Shown here: positions 1 through 7,803 of the stretch, piece after piece | Layout of the letters: every line of letters starts with the position of its first letter | Numbering within the stretch: the first letter of the stretch is position 1 | Assembly (NCBI GenBank): GCA_021299175.1 | Contig: JAJTFY010000003.1 | Location: 1,462 to 65,461, forward strand | Length of the DNA stretch: 64,000 nucleotides | Direction: 5' to 3' | From: Chitinophagaceae bacterium | Lineage (GTDB): Bacteria > Bacteroidota > Bacteroidia > Chitinophagales > Chitinophagaceae | Notes under the pieces: model-generated | Told to the model about the DNA's origin: nothing | The model's database searches: none | What the model saw: only the letters and a program-made list of their open reading frames with translations | Program-made: the position numbers and the translations under genes

Positions 1-2
1 AA

Positions 3-1349
3 GTGGTTGCCTGGATCATTGGTTGGGCACTGATTTTGGAATATGCCATTGGTAATATTGTAGTGGCCATTTCATGGAGTGCCTATTTCAACAATATTCT
101 CCATGCCATGGGGCTTGATCTTCCCAAGTGGCTTACAGTGGGTTATCAAACTGCCAGCAATATTCATGATGCAGCTTTGGCAAGCGGGGCGGATGTTTCA
201 GGCCTGGTGTTTACCAACGCTCCCAGAATTTTAGGTGTTCCTTTTATCATCAATTTACCCGCCTTCGTTATCGTTGCGCTCATTTCCATGTTGGCCTATA
301 TTGGTATTCAGGAGAGCAAGCGTACAGCCAATACAATGGTAATGATCAAAATAGTTGTGCTTGTCCTGGTTGCGCTTGTTGGGTTTTGGTTTATTTTCTC
401 TAATGGTACCACCGCCAATTGGACTCCTTTTCTTCCCAACGGGATGGGTGGCGTTTTGAAAGGTGTTTCTGCTGTATTCTTTGCCTATATTGGATTTGAT
501 GCCATCTCCACCACTGCAGAGGAATGCGCCAATCCACAAAGGGATCTTCCCAAGGGAATGATTTATTCCCTGATCATTTGCACGGTGATTTATATTGTTA
601 CAGCATTGGTCATTACCGGATTGGTCAACTATTCCGAGTTCGCCAATGTAGCTGATCCTCTAGCCTTTGTTTTTGAGCGGATCAACATGCAAAAATTTGG
701 CTTCTTTATTTCAGTCAGTGCAGTGGTTGCTGCCACCAGTGTATTGTTGATTTTTCAAATTGGGCAACCCCGGATTTGGATGGCGATGAGCAGGGATGGC
801 CTATTGCCAAAATCATTTGGAAAGGTAAACAAGAAATACCAGACACCAGGATTTTCGACCATCGTTGCAGGTATCTTGGTTGCAGGGTTGGTGCTGGTCA
901 TTGACGACAAACTCATGACTGACCTAACCAGTATTGGCACCTTGTTTGCGTTCGTTTTGGTCAGTGGAGGCGTGCTGCTGCTGCCAAGAATTGAAAAGCA
1001 GAAAGGAAAATTCTCCATCCCTTACATCAATGCCCAGTATATTTTCCCATTCATGTATGTGCTTACTTTCTATTTGTTTCAGGAAAGAACCATACAAGCA
1101 TTATTACAATTGGGTACAGAGGGGTATCAGGAAGTGCTGTTCATCATTTTTATGGTGTTGGCTGCCATCCTTGCTGTACTTTCATTCATTAAGAAATACT
1201 CACTTATTCCAGTATTGGGTGTTGCCTGTTGCATGTACCTCATGGTTGAAATTCCTGCCAAAAGTTGGCTTGTATTTTTTGGTTGGATGGCCCTTGGTCT
1301 TTCTATCTATCTTCTTTATGGCAAGAACAACAGTAAGTTGAACAAATAG
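3..1349 (+). CDS. amino acid permease (APC superfamily); 5' end lies outside the window
   Basis: ORF open to the window edge. Polytopic hydrophobic protein with APC-type motifs (FFAYIGFDAISTTAEE, GQPRIWMAMSRDGLLP). Confidence 0.85.
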   Translation: MVAWIIGWALILEYAIGNIVVAISWSAYFNNILHAMGLDLPKWLTVGYQTASNIHDAALASGADVSGLVFTNAPRILGVPFIINLPAFVIVALISMLAYIGIQESKRTANTMVMIKIVVLVLVALVGFWFIFSNGTTANWTPFLPNGMGGVLKGVSAVFFAYIGFDAISTTAEECANPQRDLPKGMIYSLIICTVIYIVTALVITGLVNYSEFANVADPLAFVFERINMQKFGFFISVSAVVAATSVLLIFQIGQPRIWMAMSRDGLLPKSFGKVNKKYQTPGFSTIVAGILVAGLVLVIDDKLMTDLTSIGTLFAFVLVSGGVLLLPRIEKQKGKFSIPYINAQYIFPFMYVLTFYLFQERTIQALLQLGTEGYQEVLFIIFMVLAAILAVLSFIKKYSLIPVLGVACCMYLMVEIPAKSWLVFFGWMALGLSIYLLYGKNNSKLNK

Positions 1350-1374
1350 CCGGATTGAGACTACCTTTGTATCC

Positions 1375-2397
1375 ATGAAATTTCAGGAGGGAGATAAAAT
1401 CATGGTCCTTGCCACTGGTGAAAGGGGATCAGTTGTGGAGTGGATCGACAAGAAAATGTTGTTGATTGAGGTAGGTGGAGTAAGCTTTCCAGTATACGCT
1501 GATCAGATCGATTTTCCCTATTTTCAAGACTTCACAGCGCCGAAGGAATTCAAAAAAAAGTCTTCATTAGGAAAGCCTGAACCACCCAGAAAAGAGAAAA
1601 ATGTTCAACGATTTATTGAGCGGGATGGTGTTTGGCTTTCTTTCTATCCTGTGCTTGACAAGGATGTTTTTGACGATGATATCATTTCCTATTATCGCAT
1701 ATATGTTTTGAACCATACAGATGATGACCTTGTCTTTGAGCTTTCCATCTATTATGGAAACAACAAAGAGCTTGATCTGCGTAACAGCATAAGGGCCCTT
1801 GATGAAATGTATTTGTTTGATCTTCCATTTGAGAACCTGAATGATCAGCCAAGGATGGATTTTAATTTTTCCCTGGCATCAGCGGATAAGAAAAGGGTAA
1901 CACACTTTGAAGTCCAGTTCAAGCCTAAGCCCAAGCAAATCTTCAAGTTGTCTGAAGAGGTTTTGAAAGCACAAAAGGCTTCATTCAATATCAATCTTTT
2001 TGAAACCTATCCCATCAAAGAGGCAGAGCAGGATCGGTTTGACATCAACAGGCTATCTGCTGCTGGATTTAAGGTCTATTCCGCAGATAAAATAAAGGCC
2101 AATCTCCCTCCGAGAAGAACTTTGATTGATCTTCATGCGGATAAATTGTCAGACCAGCATGATCGACTAACGCCTGTGCAGATTCTTGACATGCAGCTCA
2201 AGGCATTTGAAAAATTCTATGAAGAGGCGCTTGCCCACAAACTTCCAGAAATTACCGTTATCCATGGCATAGGAACTGGAAAGCTGAAGGATGAAATCCA
2301 TGAATTGCTTCGCCACAAAAAAGATGTCAAATCATTCGTTAACAGGCTCCATCATCTCTATGGATATGGCGCAACAGAAATATATATCATACCTTAG
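1375..2397 (+). CDS. Smr (MutS2 C-terminal-like) domain protein
   Basis: 340 aa. C-terminal Smr-type domain (LIDLHADKL...ITVIHGIGTGKLKDEIHELLRHKKDVKSF). The N-terminal two thirds have no function I can assign. Confidence 0.8.
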   Translation: MKFQEGDKIMVLATGERGSVVEWIDKKMLLIEVGGVSFPVYADQIDFPYFQDFTAPKEFKKKSSLGKPEPPRKEKNVQRFIERDGVWLSFYPVLDKDVFDDDIISYYRIYVLNHTDDDLVFELSIYYGNNKELDLRNSIRALDEMYLFDLPFENLNDQPRMDFNFSLASADKKRVTHFEVQFKPKPKQIFKLSEEVLKAQKASFNINLFETYPIKEAEQDRFDINRLSAAGFKVYSADKIKANLPPRRTLIDLHADKLSDQHDRLTPVQILDMQLKAFEKFYEEALAHKLPEITVIHGIGTGKLKDEIHELLRHKKDVKSFVNRLHHLYGYGATEIYIIP

Positions 2398-2399
2398 CA

Positions 2400-2765
2400 C
2401 TGCCGCAATATGCTATCGCGTTGAGCAATCAACGAGGAAAGTCCGGACAACATAGAGCATCGCACCGGTGAACAGCCGGGTCTTGTGTAAGCAAGAACAG
2501 ACAGTGCCACAGAAAATAACCGCCTCAACTTGTTGAGGTAAGGGTGAAAACGGGAGGTAAAAGCTTCCGGCGGTTTGCAGTAATGCATACCGGGGGTAAA
2601 CCTTGCGTGTTGAAATGCCACATAGGTTAGGGCAACCTTCGGGTGGAGAATGACTCGTTCTCTCTCTTTGAGGTCCTGATGGGTAGGCAGCTTGATCACA
2701 TTGGGTAACTTTTGTGACAGATAAATGATAGCCTAGTACAGAATCCGGCTTATTATTTGCGGTAA
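2400..2765 (+). ncRNA. rnpB: RNase P RNA, bacterial type A
   Basis: P4 strands GAGGAAAGTCCGGAC (2434-2448) and ACAGAATCCGGCTTA (2738-2752). GGTAAGGGTGAAA at 2537-2549. P1 pairing CCGCAA (2403-2408) with TTGCGG (2757-2762). P2 pairing GCTATC with GATAGC. The 101-aa minus-strand ORF here is an artefact of the RNA gene. Confidence 0.9.
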
Positions 2766-2774
2766 AAAATTAAA

Positions 2775-2806
2775 AATGCCCTCTCATTTGAGAAGGCATT
2801 TTTTCT
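2775..2806. terminator. hairpin terminator, usable in both directions (rnpB on +, 2833..3438 gene on -)
   Basis: AATGCCCTCT / AGAAGGCATT stem with one mismatch. A-run upstream and T-run downstream. Confidence 0.6.
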
Positions 2807-2832
2807 TTATGGCTTTTGATGTTATTGATTCA

Positions 2833-3438
2833 TCAATTGTTCTCAGCGTAGAAGGTGTTGGTGATCAATATATCAGCATCTGTAATTTTGATAGGATTAG
2901 CCATGCTGTAATCATTCAGATAAAACTTCTTAAAAATTAGATCATCAGCATTTGAGGATTGTTTTTTCAAATTCATGTCAATGTTTTCAGCATCAAATTG
3001 ATATGTCAGGTCCATATCACTATTTTCAGCTCTTTCCGATGTCGGTTTGATCATGTATCCCTGGTTGAATTGAATATTGATGTCCTGGTCAGCAGCAATG
3101 TTTTCAATATATCTGATGTGGAAGGAATTCAATGCTTTGATCATCGCATTCATGTTCAAATTGATTTCCCTGTCTGCTTTCCGTATCATGCTAGGGGAAG
3201 GGGTTGAAATTTTTACTGCAGTAATTTCTTCACCGATGGGAAGTGCCTCAAGCATCGTACGCCTTGTTTCTTCCAAGGTTTGACCAATACCTTCGGCAAT
3301 AAATGAGCTATTGCCTGCAAGAATGGCAAAAAAAGTGACTGCGGTGAATAAACCTGAAATAGCCTTTTTACTTTTGATGTTGTTTTTGGCCGCCTTAGCC
3401 AATGTGAGTTTCATCATTCTCCTTATTATCGTTTTCAT
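2833..3438 (-). CDS. hypothetical membrane-anchored protein with a degenerate short acidic repeat
   Basis: 201-aa ORF. Basic N-terminus followed by one hydrophobic helix (ISGLFTAVTFFAILAG). The C-terminal part has about 6 copies of a D-x-[DE]-[IL]-x-hydrophobic-x-hydrophobic-[NKY]-like motif. I recognise no family. Confidence 0.55.
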   Translation of the reverse strand: MKTIIRRMMKLTLAKAAKNNIKSKKAISGLFTAVTFFAILAGNSSFIAEGIGQTLEETRRTMLEALPIGEEITAVKISTPSPSMIRKADREINLNMNAMIKALNSFHIRYIENIAADQDINIQFNQGYMIKPTSERAENSDMDLTYQFDAENIDMNLKKQSSNADDLIFKKFYLNDYSMANPIKITDADILITNTFYAENN

Positions 3439-3539
3439 AAAAAAATATTTAGTACTAGTTAATGCAAGGAACCATTCATTGTTTTAGATGCCCTATTTTA
3501 CTGTATCTTTTTAAATGGTTTGTTAATGCTTTGAAGTTG

Positions 3540-3547
3540 CAAAGGTA
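3540..3547 (-). promoter_or_regulatory. Bacteroidota -7 promoter box (TACCTTTG on minus strand) for the 2833..3438 gene
   Basis: Minus strand reads TACCTTTGCAACTTC, matching TAnnTTTG and resembling the rpmE promoter TATATTTGCAACTTC. Confidence 0.4.
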
Positions 3548-3750
3548 CATTAGTTACAAGCCTTTACAATAGAAGCAAGTATTTCAATTTTGTTAATTTC
3601 TAATAAAACGCATTATTCTCCATGTATGTTGTATGAAATACATTAATAATCGAATAATGTTAGAAAAGTATTAATTATGACCCTTCGTAAGGCATAAAAA
3701 AGGTATCTCGGCAGATTAATGCCGATGTTCAACAAAAAAATCAATAAAAA

Positions 3751-3900
3751 TTAAATGAGGTCTAAGGCTTTGGCAAAAGTAGTGACCAGAGGAACTACCG
3801 TCAGCGATACCATTGAGGGTAAGAAAAGATAAACCACAACAGAGAGTGCTATCGAAAGGAAAAATAAAATCCAATACGTATTTTTTTGGCTCTTGGTCAT
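3751..3900 (-). CDS. small hydrophobic protein, 49 aa (below the ORF-track length cutoff)
   Basis: My own translation is MTKSQKNTYWILFFLSIALSVVVYLFLPSMVSLTVVPLVTTFAKALDLI*. It has two hydrophobic segments. A TATATTTG box lies 19 nt upstream of the ATG, and a weak hairpin (TCGGCA/TGCCGA, 3708-3725) lies downstream. Confidence 0.45.
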   Translation of the reverse strand: MTKSQKNTYWILFFLSIALSVVVYLFLPSMVSLTVVPLVTTFAKALDLI

Positions 3901-3918
3901 CTTATTGAGTTTGAAATG

Positions 3919-3926
3919 CAAATATA
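3919..3926 (-). promoter_or_regulatory. Bacteroidota -7 promoter box (TATATTTG on minus strand) for the 49-aa ORF
   Basis: Minus strand reads TGTATATTTGCATTTCAA, an exact TAnnTTTG match. Confidence 0.4.
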
Positions 3927-3984
3927 CAACTGGATTCCTTTTTCATAAAATCTTAATCCATTCATTCTCAATAAATCTTTTAAT

Positions 3985-3999
3985 GTGTATTGAATACAC
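3985..3999. promoter_or_regulatory. perfect 7-1-7 palindrome GTGTATT-G-AATACAC, candidate operator upstream of malQ
   Basis: Read directly from the sequence. It lies about 45 nt upstream of the malQ start, in a divergent intergenic region. Confidence 0.3.
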
Positions 4000-4040
4000 T
4001 AATTTAAATAATATGTAATTTGTAGCATTATATATACTGA

Positions 4041-6728
4041 TTGATGAATATTGATATATACCTGAGATTTTCTACCAGGCCAGGTGAGAAATTGAACATG
4101 GTGGTGGATTTTCCTGGCGATGAACATGCTAGATTGCCTATCATTTATCCAATGAGTTATGTGGATCATTCTCATTGGCATTTTCGTCTTGAATTGACCA
4201 ACGACCAAGTGAATTCCCTTGAAAGACTAAGTTACCAGTATCGTTTTGAGGATTCACATGGAGTGGTAAAAAGTGATTATTGCAAAAACAGGTTCATGCT
4301 ATTGCAAAATCTTAAAAAAGGACTGGTTTTGCTCGACAGTTGGGTTGATATGGGTGCTGTTTCCAATGTTTTTTATACAGCGCCTTTCGAACATATTTTT
4401 TCAGTTAAACGTAAAATTGCCAAATCTGTAAAGCTCAAAGCAAAATATTGCAGGTTTTCTGTTGATGCTCCATTGCTTTCCAATGACTATCAATTGGGGT
4501 TGATGGGGAGTTTGGATGTTTGGGGTAATTGGTCTGTTTCAATGGTCAGTAAAATGCATTTCAATGGCAGCCATTGGATTGCTGATATCGATTCTGCTCA
4601 TGCACAAGTTCCATTTGAATATAAATATTGTTTGCTGGATACGTCTGGAAGCTTTATTGCATACGAAAACGGGGACAACAGGAAGTTCGGCCTTCAGCAT
4701 GTGGCAAAAACTCCTTGTTTGATTCAGGATGGTTCTGCGCGTTTTGAAAACAACTGGAGAGGAGTAGGAATAGCCATACCAGTTTTCAGTTTACGTTCTG
4801 CCCAAAGCCTTGGAGTGGGAGAATTCACTGATATCAACTTACTGGTAGATTGGGCAGCAAAAGTATCCCTGAGGATGATTCAGCTCCTTCCTGTGAATGA
4901 TACAACTTCTACTCATACAAAGGCTGATTCCTATCCATATGCAGCTATATCAGCCTTTGCGCTGCATCCAATGTATGCTTCGATTACAACCATTGCTGGA
5001 AACAAGCACGCAAACCGCATTAAATCCTATCTCTCTCGTAAGGATGAGTTGAATGCCTCTTCAGGTGTTGACTATGAAGCGGTCATGGAATTGAAGTGGG
5101 ATGCATTGACCTCACTGTATCAATCCATGAAGGATGAGGTTTTTCAAGAAGTTGACTATGGAGATTTCTTTCAAGAAAACAAGTCTTGGTTGGTTCCTTA
5201 TGCTGCGTATAGTTTTCTCCGCGACAAATTCGGGTCGCCCGATGCATCAACATGGGGGAAATATGCTTCATTCAATGAATTGTTGATAACTGAATTATGT
5301 GCCCCGGGGTCTGAAAACTTTGATGCCATTACATTGCATTATTTTATCCAATACCAGCTCCACCGTCAACTGAAACAGGCACACGATTATGCCAACAGCA
5401 AAGGCATTATTCTTAAAGGTGATATTGCCATTGGCGTACACAGAAATGGTGCAGATACCTGGACGCAGCCCTCTCTTTACAACCTTGACATGCAGGCAGG
5501 CGCGCCTCCGGATGATTTCGCGGTTAAGGGCCAGAACTGGGGTTTTCCTACTTACAACTGGGAAAACATGAAGTCAGATGGATTTGCTTGGTGGAGACAA
5601 CGTTTTCAGCAAATGTCAAATTATTTTGATGCTTTTCGGATTGATCATATCCTTGGTTTTTTTCGCATTTGGTCTATACCTGATCATGCAATTGAGGGCA
5701 TCATGGGCAGATTTGTTCCTGCCATTCCGGTTTCAAGAAATGAATTTGAGGAGAGAGGAGTTTTAATAGACAACGCTCGATACTGCAAGCCCTTTATCAC
5801 TGATACAGTAATTGGAGAGATGGCAAGCCATTTGGATACTGAGATAAAATGTTTTCTTCAATCAAATGGTGATTCAACCTATCGGTTCAAATCCATTTTT
5901 GATACCCAACGGAAGATTGAAGACTATTTCAAGTCTTATGCTCAGGATGATGCGAAAAAAGAACTAAAACAAGTTTTGATCAATCTCCATTCCAACGTTG
6001 TGCTGTGGCCTGATGGAGAAAATATCAATGGATTCCATTTTCGTTTCAATGCCACTAATACCCTGTCATTTCAATACTTGGAGACACATACCCAGCTTCA
6101 ACTTTCATCCTTGTATAATGATTATTTCTACCATCGCCAGGAGCATATTTGGAAGCATGAAGCGCTTGAAAAACTTCCCGCATTAAAACTGTGTACCGAT
6201 ATGCTCATCTGTGGCGAAGACCTGGGTATGGTTCCCAAAAGTGTTCCTGCAGTGATGTCATCACTTGGCTTTTTGAGCATGGAGGTTCAAAGAATGCCTA
6301 AACAATTGAATACGCCGTTTTTTGATCCTTCCAATGCACCTTATCTTTCTGTTGTCACTCCATCTACCCATGATATGAGCACCATTCGTGAATGGTGGTT
6401 GGAGGACAGAAGCAAGACACAACAATTCTACAATGAACAGCTTTGGCAGCACGGAGAAGCTCCTGCCGAAGCAACCAATGCTGTCGTTCGTTCTGTGATA
6501 CTGCAACACCTTGCTTCACCTGCCATGTGGGCAGTATTTCAGTTGCAAGATTTACTTGCCATGAATGATTGTCTTCGATTGGAAGATCCTCATGCAGAAA
6601 GGATCAATATCCCTGGAGATCCTAACCATTACTGGAGATTTAGAATGCACTTGCCTATTGAGGAACTGATTAAAAATGATACCTTTAATCAAGACCTCAA
6701 ATACCTGATTAGTGCAAACAATAGGTAG
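4041..6728 (+). CDS. malQ: 4-alpha-glucanotransferase (amylomaltase, GH77) with N-terminal starch-binding (CBM20-like) modules
   Basis: 895 aa. GH77 motifs FALHPMY, FRIDHILGFFRIW, GEDLGMVP and PSTHD. The N-terminal 230 aa or so contain two CBM20-like repeats (LGLMGSLDVWGNW...FEYKY). Confidence 0.9.
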   Translation: MMNIDIYLRFSTRPGEKLNMVVDFPGDEHARLPIIYPMSYVDHSHWHFRLELTNDQVNSLERLSYQYRFEDSHGVVKSDYCKNRFMLLQNLKKGLVLLDSWVDMGAVSNVFYTAPFEHIFSVKRKIAKSVKLKAKYCRFSVDAPLLSNDYQLGLMGSLDVWGNWSVSMVSKMHFNGSHWIADIDSAHAQVPFEYKYCLLDTSGSFIAYENGDNRKFGLQHVAKTPCLIQDGSARFENNWRGVGIAIPVFSLRSAQSLGVGEFTDINLLVDWAAKVSLRMIQLLPVNDTTSTHTKADSYPYAAISAFALHPMYASITTIAGNKHANRIKSYLSRKDELNASSGVDYEAVMELKWDALTSLYQSMKDEVFQEVDYGDFFQENKSWLVPYAAYSFLRDKFGSPDASTWGKYASFNELLITELCAPGSENFDAITLHYFIQYQLHRQLKQAHDYANSKGIILKGDIAIGVHRNGADTWTQPSLYNLDMQAGAPPDDFAVKGQNWGFPTYNWENMKSDGFAWWRQRFQQMSNYFDAFRIDHILGFFRIWSIPDHAIEGIMGRFVPAIPVSRNEFEERGVLIDNARYCKPFITDTVIGEMASHLDTEIKCFLQSNGDSTYRFKSIFDTQRKIEDYFKSYAQDDAKKELKQVLINLHSNVVLWPDGENINGFHFRFNATNTLSFQYLETHTQLQLSSLYNDYFYHRQEHIWKHEALEKLPALKLCTDMLICGEDLGMVPKSVPAVMSSLGFLSMEVQRMPKQLNTPFFDPSNAPYLSVVTPSTHDMSTIREWWLEDRSKTQQFYNEQLWQHGEAPAEATNAVVRSVILQHLASPAMWAVFQLQDLLAMNDCLRLEDPHAERINIPGDPNHYWRFRMHLPIEELIKNDTFNQDLKYLISANNR

Positions 6729-6777
6729 TTTTCCAGTTACAATTCATTGGCTTTAAACAGATGATACACTAAAACCT

Positions 6778-7803
6778 ATGTTTACAATACGCTACTGGCA
6801 AAAAGAATTGCCTTTTGAATATCCTTTCACTATTTCGAAAGGAACCAAAACTCATCAACACACTTTCATTGTTGAACTCAATTTTCGCGGCATAATTGGT
6901 TACGGAGAAGCTCCAGCCATTGCATATTACGGGATTACTACTGATCAAATGGTAACAGATCTTGAATCAAAACGAAAGTTTATTGAATCCTTTTCGCTGA
7001 CTGATCCCAAACGATTTTGGCATTTTTTACATCATTTGTTTCCCAACAATCCTTTTTTGGTTTGTGCCTTGGACATGGCTGGATGGGATATCTATGGCAA
7101 GCTCCGTAGAAAACCATTGTATGAGTTATGGAACTTGAATCTGGCCAATGCCCCCAAAACCGATTATACCATTGGCATCGATTCACTGGAAAAGATGCTG
7201 GAGAAAATTAATGCACATCCTGCGCCGATATACAAAATAAAAGTGGGCACTTCAGAAGATCTTGAAAAACTGAAAGCCATCAGACAACATACCAATGCCA
7301 TCATCAGGGTTGATGCCAATGCAGGCTGGACCTTTGATCAAGCCATGCAAATAGTACCAGTTTTGGAAAAACTCAATATTGAACTGATTGAACAGCCTTT
7401 AGCCAAAGAAGACTTTGAGGGAATCAAGATGTTAAGAGCCACAACTTCGATTCCCATCTTCGCAGATGAGTCTTGTGTAGGGGAGAGAGATGTTGAAAAA
7501 TGTGCTGGCTATTTTTCCGGTATCAATATTAAGCTTACCAAATGCAGTGGTATCACTCCTGCAATGGAAATGATAAAAAAGGCAAGGTCTTTGAATCTTC
7601 AAGTCATGTTGGGATGCATGAATGAGAGCAGTATAGGAACAGCTCCATTGGCACATTTGGCGCCATTGGTAGACTTTCTGGATGCAGATGGCCCATTGTT
7701 ATTGACGGACAACTTAGGGGCTGGAATCGATTTTATTGATTACAAATTAAAGCCATCTATGTTGCCTGGTTTGGGAATAAACCCTATGTTGGATAGTCTA
7801 TAA
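6778..7803 (+). CDS. dipeptide epimerase (L-Ala-D/L-Glu epimerase type), enolase superfamily
   Basis: 341 aa. Motifs KIKVG, IRVDANAGW, IEQP, FADES and INIKLTKCGG-like. Confidence 0.85.
   Translation: MFTIRYWQKELPFEYPFTISKGTKTHQHTFIVELNFRGIIGYGEAPAIAYYGITTDQMVTDLESKRKFIESFSLTDPKRFWHFLHHLFPNNPFLVCALDMAGWDIYGKLRRKPLYELWNLNLANAPKTDYTIGIDSLEKMLEKINAHPAPIYKIKVGTSEDLEKLKAIRQHTNAIIRVDANAGWTFDQAMQIVPVLEKLNIELIEQPLAKEDFEGIKMLRATTSIPIFADESCVGERDVEKCAGYFSGINIKLTKCSGITPAMEMIKKARSLNLQVMLGCMNESSIGTAPLAHLAPLVDFLDADGPLLLTDNLGAGIDFIDYKLKPSMLPGLGINPMLDSL

Noticed and set aside
935-949. Exact sigma-54 promoter consensus TGGCAC-N5-TTGC (TGGCACCTTGTTTGC) on the plus strand
   Set aside because: It is inside the permease coding sequence, about 425 nt from the next start codon. 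A single 10-position match is expected by chance at roughly the 10 percent level in 2 x 64 kb, and the only bEBP in the window looks defective. It is worth re-examining only if a TSS maps there.
2394-2699. 101-aa minus-strand ORF from the six-frame track
   Set aside because: It lies entirely antisense within the RNase P RNA gene. The conserved P4 and other rnpB motifs explain the region, and the ORF has no promoter or coding features.
7798-7803. 6-nt overlap of the convergent epimerase and TonB-receptor 3' ends without a terminator
   Set aside because: Short convergent overlaps are common in compact genomes, and nothing else in the sequence suggests antisense regulation.
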